NCBI GenBank assembly: GCA_039588275.1
Contig: JBDHAC010000077.1
Coordinates: 5,155 to 23,965, forward strand
DNA from: Gemmatimonadota bacterium
GTDB lineage: Bacteria > Gemmatimonadota > Gemmatimonadetes > Palauibacterales > Palauibacteraceae
DNA length: 18,811 nucleotides
Direction of reading: 5' to 3'
The notes beneath the pieces were generated by a model, which made no database searches, was not told the origin of the DNA, and worked only from the letters and a program-made list of their open reading frames with translations. Positions 7,827 to 15,855 of the stretch are shown piece by piece. Position 1 is the first letter of the stretch, and each line of letters begins with the position of its first letter. Both the position numbers and the translations under genes were made by a program.

Positions 7827-8732
7827 CTAACGGCCTTTCAGCCGCGCGAGGAAGTCCAGCACCGTCGCGTTGAATCGCTCCGGCTGTTCGATGTTCATCA
7901 TGTGCCCAGCGCCCGCGATCTCGGCTCTCTCCCTGTCCGGAACGTCGGCTACGAGCCGCTCGGCGATTGCGCGAGCGTCACCCTCGGCCTTCTCGCTGAC
8001 CAGGACCAGGGTGGGAGCCTCGATCCGGGCGAGCGCGTCGATGGCGCGCGGCTCGACGAAGCCCATCATCACCTGCGATCGGATCCCGCCGAAGTTGTCC
8101 CGGACCAGGCGTTCGATCTTCGCGAACGCTTCCGGGTCGTCCTTCGCGGATCGGAGGGCGGGCGAATCGAGGAACAGCGTTTGGGCTTCCTCCATGTCCC
8201 CGCGTTGAATCGCCGCGAACACGGCCCCCATGGTCCGCATCACCTGGGGCGAGAACTGCCACCCCGTGATCCCGGGTTCCGCGAGCACCAACGCTCCGAC
8301 CCGCTCCCGGTGCGCGAGAGCGAAATCGACCGCGATACCGCCGCCCATGGAAAGACCCACCACGTGCGCGCGCTCGATCGACAGGGCGTCCAACAGCGCG
8401 CTGAGATCCTCCGAGGGCGTGAAGCGGGTCGTGGGGGCGGGCGAGTCCCCGAAGCCACGCACGTCGAAGCGAACGACCCTGTAGTACTCGGCGAAATCCG
8501 CCAACTGATCGTCCCACATCCGTCGGTCCATCGCCCCGCCATGGATGAGGACGAGCGGCATGCCCTCACCCGCGATCTCGTAGTACAGCTTCCCCCCATC
8601 CACCTGTACGAATCCGCTCTCTACCTCGAGCTCCTGAGCGGATCCGGCCATCGGCCCCGAGAGAGTCAGGCATGCGACGCCGAGCGCCGCCAGGTGTGGC
8701 CTTCGGGGCCGGAAGAGTCGTCGAGCACGCAT
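7827..8732 (-). CDS. Secreted alpha/beta-fold hydrolase
   Basis: Signal-like N-terminus ending AGSA|QE. Oxyanion LVLIHGG, FDVRGFGDS, nucleophile elbow GLSMG and catalytic His in AGHMMNIEQPERFN. Confidence 0.92.
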   Translation of the reverse strand: MRARRLFRPRRPHLAALGVACLTLSGPMAGSAQELEVESGFVQVDGGKLYYEIAGEGMPLVLIHGGAMDRRMWDDQLADFAEYYRVVRFDVRGFGDSPAPTTRFTPSEDLSALLDALSIERAHVVGLSMGGGIAVDFALAHRERVGALVLAEPGITGWQFSPQVMRTMGAVFAAIQRGDMEEAQTLFLDSPALRSAKDDPEAFAKIERLVRDNFGGIRSQVMMGFVEPRAIDALARIEAPTLVLVSEKAEGDARAIAERLVADVPDRERAEIAGAGHMMNIEQPERFNATVLDFLARLKGR

Positions 8733-8790
8733 ATCGGTGACCCCCTGTCTTTTCCGGCGCGGCGCCCTGTCCAGGCGCCGTTCCGCACGC

Positions 8791-8848
8791 TAGAATTGGT
8801 TAACCAGTGAACGATATAATATTTACTGGTGTACCGTTTGCCTGTCAA
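8791..8848. promoter_or_regulatory. AT-rich divergent promoter/operator region (candidate MarR operator)
   Basis: Perfect palindrome TGGTTAACCA (8797-8806). Inverted repeat ACCAGTGAA (8803-8811) / TTTACTGGT (8822-8830) brackets a perfect TATAAT (8815-8820, + strand). A perfect TTGACA lies on the - strand (8843-8848). The region sits between the divergent hydrolase and MarR genes. Confidence 0.65.
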
Positions 8849-8888
8849 CCGTGTGCGTGTAGTGGGCCCTCAGCAGGAGGGGACGGTC

Positions 8889-9404
8889 GTGGCCGATGAG
8901 GCGGCGCGAGAGCGCCATGAGTACATGCTCGCCTGGGCCAGCCTGGTGCACGCGGGGACGTTCCTCGCGGCGGCGCTCGACAGACACCTGAGCGAGGAGC
9001 TCGGACTCTCGCTGGTCGAGCAGGATCTTCTCTCTCAGGTCGACAAGTCGGGGGGAAGGCTGCGTATGGTCGACCTGTCCCGCCTCACGTTCCTCAGCAA
9101 GGCAGGGATCACCAAGATGGTCGACCGGCTCGAGTCGGACGGTCACGTGGCCCGCCGGCCATCTCGGGAAGATCGCCGGGTGATCAACGCCGAGCTCACG
9201 GACGAAGGACGTGACGTGCTGGGGCGATCGCGCCAGCTCCTGAGGGCCTGGGTCAAAGCCAACTTCGCGGAGCACCTCTCTCCCGAGGAGACGCGGGAGT
9301 TCGGAGCCGCGCTCCGGAAACTCCTCGAGGGGCATGGGCGTTGGGAGGGACAGATGGCGCACTTGCGCGGCTACAGAGAGGGACCCGGACCGTGCGAGAC
9401 GTGA
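8889..9404 (+). CDS. MarR-family transcriptional regulator
   Basis: GTG 8889 follows SD CAGGAGG and is in frame with ORF 8829..9404. Winged-helix motifs LRMVDLSRLTFLSKAGITKMVDRLESDGHVARRPSREDRRVINAELTDEG. Confidence 0.93.
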   Translation: MADEAARERHEYMLAWASLVHAGTFLAAALDRHLSEELGLSLVEQDLLSQVDKSGGRLRMVDLSRLTFLSKAGITKMVDRLESDGHVARRPSREDRRVINAELTDEGRDVLGRSRQLLRAWVKANFAEHLSPEETREFGAALRKLLEGHGRWEGQMAHLRGYREGPGPCET

Positions 9405-10540
9405 TGCGTGGGGTGAGACACGCGCCCGTTGGCGCTCTCGCGTGCACGCTTGGAGTCTGGATCGCCGCCTGTGTTCCCGAAGCCAGCGACCGCTCGCCGG
9501 CCCTGTCCGAGGGAGCGACGGGCGCCTCCGCGGCCGAGCCCGGCCGCTCTTCGATCGAGATCGTCATGTACATGGGTGGGAGCGGGGAGCGTGCGCTCGA
9601 GTCGTTCCGCGAGCACGCGGGCCAGATCTCCATCGTGGCGCCTCAGGCCTTTGGCGTGGACAGCGCCGGAACGGTGCTCGGCGAGGTGAGCCCCGCGCTG
9701 ATCGAGATCGCGCGCGAATCGGGGGTGAACGTCATGCCCCTCATTCACAACCCGGGCTTCGATCAGCCGCTCATCCACGCCCTGTTGCGCGATCCTGCCG
9801 CACGGGCGCGGACGATCCGGAGCATGGTCGGGCTGGCGCTGGAGCACGGGTTCTGGGGCTGGCAATTCGACTTCGAGAACATCCACGCATCCGACCGCGA
9901 TGCGCTGACCCGATTCTACCGTGAGACCGCCGAAGCGCTGCACGCGGCAGGCGTCCGGGTGTCGATCGCGGTGGTACCGCCCGAGATCACCGGGATCGAC
10001 GCTCCCTTCGCCAATTACATGCGGGACAACTGGCGGTCCAGCTTCGACCTCGTCGCGCTGGACACGATCGGCGACTTCATGTCGTTCATGACCTACGCCC
10101 AGCACGGCGGCATCACCCCTCCGGGGCCGATCGCCGGGCTTCCGTGGATGCGCGCGATGCTGGATCACGCGCTCGGCTCCGGAGTGGCTCCCGAGCGGCT
10201 ATCGCTCGGGATCCCGTCGTACTCCGGCTACTGGTCTTCGACCCACGACGAGAAGCGGGGCGGGCGCGCTGTCGGACGTGAGATCCCGTTCTCGCGTGCA
10301 ACCGAACTTCTCGAGGCCTCGGGCGCGCCCCTGCAATGGCTACCGGAGCAGGGCGTTCACCACGCGTTCTGGGAGAGCGCCGGGGTGTTCGAGTGGATCT
10401 TCCTCGAAGACGAGCGTTCGCTCGAGGCCAAGCTGGACCTCTTCCGATCATACCCCGGTCTGCGGGGCGTATCGGTGTGGGTGTTGGGGGCGGAAGGGCC
10501 GGGCTTCTGGCCCACAATACGGGAACATCTCGACCGTTGA
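9404..10540 (+). CDS. Glycoside hydrolase family 18 protein, probable lipoprotein
   Basis: ATG 9404 overlaps the MarR stop (TGATG). Lipobox-like IAA|C. GH18 hallmarks GFWGWQFDFENI (DxxDxDxE variant), MTYAQH, PGPIAGLPW, LSLGIPSY, FLED..SL..K and GVSVWVLG. Confidence 0.88.
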   Translation: MRGVRHAPVGALACTLGVWIAACVPEASDRSPALSEGATGASAAEPGRSSIEIVMYMGGSGERALESFREHAGQISIVAPQAFGVDSAGTVLGEVSPALIEIARESGVNVMPLIHNPGFDQPLIHALLRDPAARARTIRSMVGLALEHGFWGWQFDFENIHASDRDALTRFYRETAEALHAAGVRVSIAVVPPEITGIDAPFANYMRDNWRSSFDLVALDTIGDFMSFMTYAQHGGITPPGPIAGLPWMRAMLDHALGSGVAPERLSLGIPSYSGYWSSTHDEKRGGRAVGREIPFSRATELLEASGAPLQWLPEQGVHHAFWESAGVFEWIFLEDERSLEAKLDLFRSYPGLRGVSVWVLGAEGPGFWPTIREHLDR

Positions 10541-10563
10541 CGGCGTTCCGGCTCGGAACGCCG
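10541..10563 (+). terminator. Hairpin directly after the GH18 stop codon
   Basis: Perfect 10-bp stem CGGCGTTCCG / CGGAACGCCG with a 3-nt loop. No poly-U tail, so it may be a stability or pause element. Confidence 0.55.
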
Positions 10564-10642
10564 GTGCAACCATCCGCGGAGCAGTGGCGTCGAAGGTGGA
10601 GGACCAAAGGACCGCGACCGCCATTCCAGGATTGCTTTGCAG

Positions 10643-13501
10643 ATGCAAGTGCACTCATACACCGGCCGGCGTTCTTGCTCTCTCTCCTCGCTCCTACCCC
10701 CACTCGCTGCGCTCCTCATTCTGGCGCTCGGCTCGCCCGCCTCCGCGGCCGGTCAGGGTCGGCAGCCGGATGAGAACGGGCCGGATGGGCGCGGGCTGGA
10801 GAGGGCCGTGGTCACCCCGACTTCCGGAGACGCGGGACACGAGGAGATCGCACCGCGCGCGTTGGCCGTCCAACTCCAGGGCACGATCGACCTGGATGGC
10901 AAGCTCGATGAGGCGATCTGGGCGCAGGCCCCGGCGATCACGACCTTCTGGCAGCGGGAGCCGGACGAGGAACTGCCCGCAACGCAGCAGACCGAAGTGC
11001 GATTCGTCTTCGACGGCGAGACGCTCTTCGTGGGCGCGCGCATGTACGACGAGCTCGGAGGCGACGGGGTCGTCTCGAGGCTCGTACGCAGAGACGCCCA
11101 CACGCAGAGCGATCAGCTCAACCTGACGTTCGACACGTTCCACGACCACCGGGGCCAGATCGAGTTCTCGATCAACCCGGCCGGCGTCCGCGGGGACGCG
11201 TTGGGTTACGACGACTCCTGGGACCCGGTCTGGCGAGCGAGCGCAAACGTCGACGAGTTGGGTTGGACCGCCGAACTCGAGATCCCGTTCTCGCAGCTCC
11301 GCTTCCCGCGGGATCCGGACCAGGTGTGGGGGCTCCAGGTTCGTCGTTTCGTGCAGCGGCTGAACGAGGTCTCGGTGTGGTCGTTCTGGCACCTCAACGA
11401 GTCTGGCGGACCCTCCCGTTTTGGCCACCTCGACGGTCTCAGCAACATCCAGGCGAGGACGAATCGGCTCGAGATCCTCCCGTACGCCGTGAGTCAGATG
11501 GATCTGAACGGCGAGGTGGATGAAGCTGATCCGTTCGGCGGCAAGACACAGGGCGATTACCGGATCGGCGCCGACCTCAAGTACCTCCTGACCTCCAACC
11601 TGACGCTCAGTGCGACGATCAACCCGGACTTCGGTCAGGCCGAGGTGGACCCGGCGGTGGTCAACCTGAGCGCGTTCGAGACCTTCTTCCCGGAGAAGCG
11701 CGAGTTCTTCATCGAGGGTCGCGGGAACTTCAGCTTCGGCAACTTCTGGTGTCAGTTCTGCAGCAACACCTCGTCGCTCGGCATGCTGTTCACGCGGCGG
11801 ATCGGGCGTCGGCCGCAGGGCGGCCATCTGGCGGAGGATGCCGGTGAGTACGCCGACGTGCCCAGCGCGAGCACGATCCTCGGGGCTGCCAAGATCACCG
11901 GGAAGACGAGCGGCGGTACGACGATCGGCGTCCTCGGGGCGCTCACGCAGCGCGAGAAGGCGCGCGTGTCCGGGACCGCGGGCGATCTCTTCAAGCAGGA
12001 AGTCGAGCCGTCGACCGGCTACTTCGTGGGACGGGTGAAGCAGGACCTCCTGGACGGCGATCTCCAGATCGGCGCGATCGCGACGTCAGTGCGCCGGAAC
12101 TTCGACGATCCGGAATTCGAGGAGTTCTTGAACGCTCATTCCGAGGGCGTGGGAGTCGACGGCGAGTACTGGTGGAGCGATCGCACGTACCACCTGCTGT
12201 TCAGCACGGCGTTCACGAGCATCTCCGGCTCCCCGGAGGCCATCGAGCGCGCCCAGAAGTCGAGCGCGCGCTACTTCCAGCGCCCCGACCGGCAGCACGG
12301 CGGCAACGGGCTGTTCAGCGACGCGTACGACCCGACGCTCACCTCGATGCGGGGGTGGGGACTGTACTCGCGCGTGGCGAAGGACGCGGGGGATTGGCGC
12401 TGGGAGACGGCGCTCAACGTCCGGAGCCCCGGGTTCGAGAACAACGATATCTCGTTCCTCACCCGGACCGATTTCATCTGGATGAACGCCAACCTCATCC
12501 GGCAGTGGACGACGCCGGGGTCCTGGTACCGTTCGATCTGGACCACGATCGGGACACAGCAGCAGTACAACTTCGACGGCGATCTGACCGACCGGCAGGT
12601 CCACGGCTTCTTCTGGGTCCAGACCCCGTTCTACTGGGACATCAACGCCATGGCGATCCACCGTCCTTCCACGCTCGATGATCGCCTGACGCGTGGTGGG
12701 CCCGTGGTGAGGAAGCCGGCGCTCACGTTCCTGGCCAGCAACCTCGGCACGGACAGCCGCAAGTCCGTGATCGCCAATCTCAATCCGTCGTACTTCTGGG
12801 ATGAGGATGGAGGCTGGGGGTACGATCTGGGCGTGGACCTCACCTTCAAGCCGCGGTCGAACCTCCTGCTCACGCTGTCGCCCTCGTACGGCCGATCCGT
12901 CAATCCGGACCAGTACGTGGACACGCTGTCGCCCTCGTACGGCCGATCCGTCAATCCGGACCAGTACGTGGATGCGGTGGACGACGAGACCGCGGGGGCG
13001 TTCTTCGGACGCCGGTACGTGTTCGGGGAGCTGGATCAGAAGTCGTTCTCGATGACGACTCGGCTGAACATCACGTTCACCCCGACGATGTCGCTCGAGC
13101 TGTTCGTGCAGCCGCTGTTCTCCGCGCAGGGCTACTCGAACTTCAAGGAGTTCGACGCGCCGCGAGAGCTCGGCAAGAGCGTCTACGGCCTCGACATCGG
13201 AACGATCCGGGACCAGGGCGAGGGCTTCGACAAGGAGTTTTTCGTCGATCCGGATGGGGCCGGTCCGGCCGAGGAGTTCTCGTTCGAGAACCCGGACTTC
13301 AACTTCCGCTCCCTGCGGGGCAACCTCGTCTTCCGGTGGGAATACCTGCCGGGCTCGACGCTGTTCTTCGTGTGGACCCAGGATCGCAACTCGACGGATC
13401 CGTTCGGCGACTTCGACCTCGGCCGGGACACGGACTCGCTGTTCGGGGCGCCGACGGACAACATCTTCCTGGTGAAGATGACCTACTGGCTCGGCATCTA
13501 G
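10643..13501 (+). CDS. CBM9-like (DOMON) domain + DUF5916 domain protein, predicted outer-membrane beta-barrel
   Basis: ATG 10643 (or TTG 10637) with a signal peptide ending ASA|AG. CBM9-like IDLDGKLDEAIW...FWQREP...TEVRFVFD...GWTAELEIPFSQLRF. DUF5916 hallmark TINPDFGQAEVDPAVVNLSAFETFFPEKREFFIEG. C-terminus RWEYLPGSTLFFVW...FLVKMTYWL. Confidence 0.9.
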   Translation: MQVHSYTGRRSCSLSSLLPPLAALLILALGSPASAAGQGRQPDENGPDGRGLERAVVTPTSGDAGHEEIAPRALAVQLQGTIDLDGKLDEAIWAQAPAITTFWQREPDEELPATQQTEVRFVFDGETLFVGARMYDELGGDGVVSRLVRRDAHTQSDQLNLTFDTFHDHRGQIEFSINPAGVRGDALGYDDSWDPVWRASANVDELGWTAELEIPFSQLRFPRDPDQVWGLQVRRFVQRLNEVSVWSFWHLNESGGPSRFGHLDGLSNIQARTNRLEILPYAVSQMDLNGEVDEADPFGGKTQGDYRIGADLKYLLTSNLTLSATINPDFGQAEVDPAVVNLSAFETFFPEKREFFIEGRGNFSFGNFWCQFCSNTSSLGMLFTRRIGRRPQGGHLAEDAGEYADVPSASTILGAAKITGKTSGGTTIGVLGALTQREKARVSGTAGDLFKQEVEPSTGYFVGRVKQDLLDGDLQIGAIATSVRRNFDDPEFEEFLNAHSEGVGVDGEYWWSDRTYHLLFSTAFTSISGSPEAIERAQKSSARYFQRPDRQHGGNGLFSDAYDPTLTSMRGWGLYSRVAKDAGDWRWETALNVRSPGFENNDISFLTRTDFIWMNANLIRQWTTPGSWYRSIWTTIGTQQQYNFDGDLTDRQVHGFFWVQTPFYWDINAMAIHRPSTLDDRLTRGGPVVRKPALTFLASNLGTDSRKSVIANLNPSYFWDEDGGWGYDLGVDLTFKPRSNLLLTLSPSYGRSVNPDQYVDTLSPSYGRSVNPDQYVDAVDDETAGAFFGRRYVFGELDQKSFSMTTRLNITFTPTMSLELFVQPLFSAQGYSNFKEFDAPRELGKSVYGLDIGTIRDQGEGFDKEFFVDPDGAGPAEEFSFENPDFNFRSLRGNLVFRWEYLPGSTLFFVWTQDRNSTDPFGDFDLGRDTDSLFGAPTDNIFLVKMTYWLGI
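12871..12972 (+). repeat. Perfect 51-bp tandem duplication (in frame, 17 aa TLSPSYGRSVNPDQYVD x2)
   Basis: 12871-12921 is identical to 12922-12972 (cacgctgtcgccctcgtacggccgatccgtcaatccggaccagtacgtgga). Confidence 0.97.
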
Positions 13502-13509
13502 ATCTCTGA

Positions 13510-13543
13510 GCGCGGGGCGTCCGGCATCGCCGGGCACCCGCGC
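13510..13543 (+). terminator. GC-rich hairpin after the DUF5916 gene
   Basis: GCGCGGG..GTCCGGC / loop ATC / GCCGGGC.CCCGCGC, 8 bp after the stop codon. No U-tract. Confidence 0.45.
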
Positions 13544-13639
13544 GATCCGCCCCCTTCTCCAGACCCACACTGCTCCCACTGCTCCGTGCGCTCGCCCCGT
13601 TTGCGGGCAGTTGCAGCCGAGCCGAGATTCACGGGCGCA

Positions 13640-14713
13640 ATGACACGAGCCGTCCCCCGTCGACCGTTCATCGCTGTGCTCCTCGCGTGCGCCGCGCTGA
13701 GTCCCTCACCGGGCCGAGGCCACGCCCAGGCTGGAGCGCAGGAAGCGAACCGACCTCTGGGTGCCGAGTGCCCACCCTCCGAATCCTCGCGGATCGTCGT
13801 CCCGCTCACCGGGATCGTCCGCGATCGACGGGCGGATGCGCCGCTGCCCGACGCGCGCGTCGCCCTGCGGTACCGGGACGAGCGCCGAGCCGTCCGGGGC
13901 GAGGCGGTCGAGACGCTGTCGGACGAGGACGGCCGCTACCTGCTGTGCAATCTGACGGCGTTCAGCGAAGCGACCGTTACGCCGTTCTACGTGGGCATAG
14001 AGGGCGAGGAGACGCGAGTGCGACTCGATCGCGCGCAGGAGATCGACCTAGAGGTGGATCTGGGCGAGTCGGCATATCTCGTATTCTCCGTGGTATCCGC
14101 CGAGACCGGGGCGCCCGTGCAGGGCGCGTCGGTACGGCTCTCCCCCATCCCGCTCGGGGGCGTGACGGACTCCCTCGGCCGGGTCGGCCTGCGACACGTA
14201 CCCCCGGGATCGTACGGTCTGGAGGTGAGGCATATCGCCTTCGCCACGCAGGAGGACTCTCTAGAGATCGCCGCCGACCAACTCTCGGAGATCCGTGTGG
14301 ATCTGACCACCCAGGTACTGGCCGTCGAGCCCCTGCGCGTCACGATCACCGGGCGGGATCCAGTCTTGATCGAGAGAGGATTCTATGAGCGAAAGGCGGC
14401 GATCGAGGAGGGGTACTTCGGGACCCACGAGGAAATCGTCCCGTACACCATGTTCCGCACCCTCTTTCGATTCAGACGCGAGTTCGTGACCCGGTACGAC
14501 CGCGGAAGGGTGTACCTGCTCGATGGACGGCCGATCACTCGCCTCGGCTACGACGCTTCGAGCCTCAACGAGATCGCCTTCAGGCGCGTGCGTGGAGTCG
14601 AGGCGTTCCCCTGCGTCGAAGCACCCCCCCGACTCTGGAATCAGCTGTTGTTGGAGGACCTCATCGGTCTCGCCACCGACGAGTGCACCCTCGTCCTTAT
14701 CTGGACCCGGTAG
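13640..14713 (+). CDS. Secreted protein with two carboxypeptidase-regulatory-like (prealbumin-fold) domains and a C-terminal TonB-plug-like domain, no beta-barrel
   Basis: ATG 13640 with signal peptide ending AQA|G. Domain 1: LTGIVRDRRADAPLPDARVAL...SDEDGRYLLCNL. Domain 2: VVSAETGAPVQGASV...TDSLGRVGLRHVPPGSYGLEVRHIAF. Plug-like end: GFYERK, YLLDG, VRGVEAF, CTLVLIWTR. Confidence 0.8.
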   Translation: MTRAVPRRPFIAVLLACAALSPSPGRGHAQAGAQEANRPLGAECPPSESSRIVVPLTGIVRDRRADAPLPDARVALRYRDERRAVRGEAVETLSDEDGRYLLCNLTAFSEATVTPFYVGIEGEETRVRLDRAQEIDLEVDLGESAYLVFSVVSAETGAPVQGASVRLSPIPLGGVTDSLGRVGLRHVPPGSYGLEVRHIAFATQEDSLEIAADQLSEIRVDLTTQVLAVEPLRVTITGRDPVLIERGFYERKAAIEEGYFGTHEEIVPYTMFRTLFRFRREFVTRYDRGRVYLLDGRPITRLGYDASSLNEIAFRRVRGVEAFPCVEAPPRLWNQLLLEDLIGLATDECTLVLIWTR

Positions 14714-14742
14714 CTCCGCTCCGTAGTGCCGCGAGCCCACCG

Positions 14743-15849
14743 CTACGCATCTGTATCGCGGCGGTACGAGTACTCGTTGAAGTTCACCCGGCCGCTGAAC
14801 CGGAGCGAAGCGTCGGATCCATGTAACCAGTGCGGCGAGCTGTACAGATACATGTGATTCGCATCGTCCACGTAGATCCCGGCCCCCGCACCGAAATTGC
14901 CCTGTTGGTGCTTGCACTTGATCTGCCTGGACTTAAGGCGGAGTACGTTGCGGGGTCCGTTTCGAGGATCGCCGCCTTTCCAAGAAATCCAGAACAGATC
15001 CAGGAAGTTCACCCCTCCCGTGGTAGGTGACTCCTTGGCGATATTCCTCGCCGCGACGAGAAACACGGTCCCCCCGTCGGTCACCAGGTTGATGTTCTGA
15101 TAGGTCCCTCCGCTCGGACGAAAGCCTCTGGGTAACTCGCTCTTGTGGAGTCGCCCGCAACGATCCGCCTCGAAGCCGTCCCTGAGCTTGGTCTTGGCGT
15201 GTGGCGGGGGCTTCTTGGACGCGTGAAAGTGCAGCTCTTCGTCGTCCCACACGGCCAGGATAAAGCAATCCTTCGGCGGATAGTACGCCATCCCCACCGC
15301 CTTCGGCTCCATGCCTTTCTTCTTCAGGCGCATGCTCTCGAGTTCGTACGGCCGGAGTAATGTGAGATTCTCGTCTGGTCGGGGAGCAGCCGGATCCCCG
15401 AACTCGAAGAAGCGGATCTGCGACGAGTAACCTGTGCCATAGATCGGGACGGCGAGCACGCCATCCAGAGCCTGGATCCCGCCCGCGTGCCAGCGGTTCT
15501 CGTCGATGTCGATGACGTCGATCGTCTCGTCGGCGGGAGCCGGTGTCTTGTATGGATACCCGTAGTCGGGAAGAGCCCACGGGCCGGCATCCGTCTGGCT
15601 TGCCATGTCCACGACGATCAGCTGGGAACGCTGTCCGCCACGCTTTCTCGAACCGGAAAGGACGAGTTTTCGTCCAATTCGCTGCACACCCTGAAAGTGC
15701 TCCTGGGAACCGAGGAGATTGATGAGCTGCGACGTGTATCGCGGGAACGGGATAGACCGGTTCCACGCGCCCAGATACTGCTTCTTGGCCACCCGGTCCG
15801 GGATCTCCCCGAAGCAGCCGGGCACATCCTTGACGAGAGTCGGCGCCAC
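14743..15849 (-). CDS. Hypothetical cytoplasmic protein, probable beta-propeller with HFQG/HAGG motifs
   Basis: 368-aa ORF whose GTG start lies 6 bp after the stop of the upstream gene. Motif-like segments HFQGVQR, WHAGGIQ, PKAVGM, YQNINLV and FGAGAGIYV are each followed by short beta-strand patterns. No signal peptide. The fold is inferred. Confidence 0.75.
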   Translation of the reverse strand: MAPTLVKDVPGCFGEIPDRVAKKQYLGAWNRSIPFPRYTSQLINLLGSQEHFQGVQRIGRKLVLSGSRKRGGQRSQLIVVDMASQTDAGPWALPDYGYPYKTPAPADETIDVIDIDENRWHAGGIQALDGVLAVPIYGTGYSSQIRFFEFGDPAAPRPDENLTLLRPYELESMRLKKKGMEPKAVGMAYYPPKDCFILAVWDDEELHFHASKKPPPHAKTKLRDGFEADRCGRLHKSELPRGFRPSGGTYQNINLVTDGGTVFLVAARNIAKESPTTGGVNFLDLFWISWKGGDPRNGPRNVLRLKSRQIKCKHQQGNFGAGAGIYVDDANHMYLYSSPHWLHGSDASLRFSGRVNFNEYSYRRDTDA

Positions 15850-15855
15850 GGGTCT

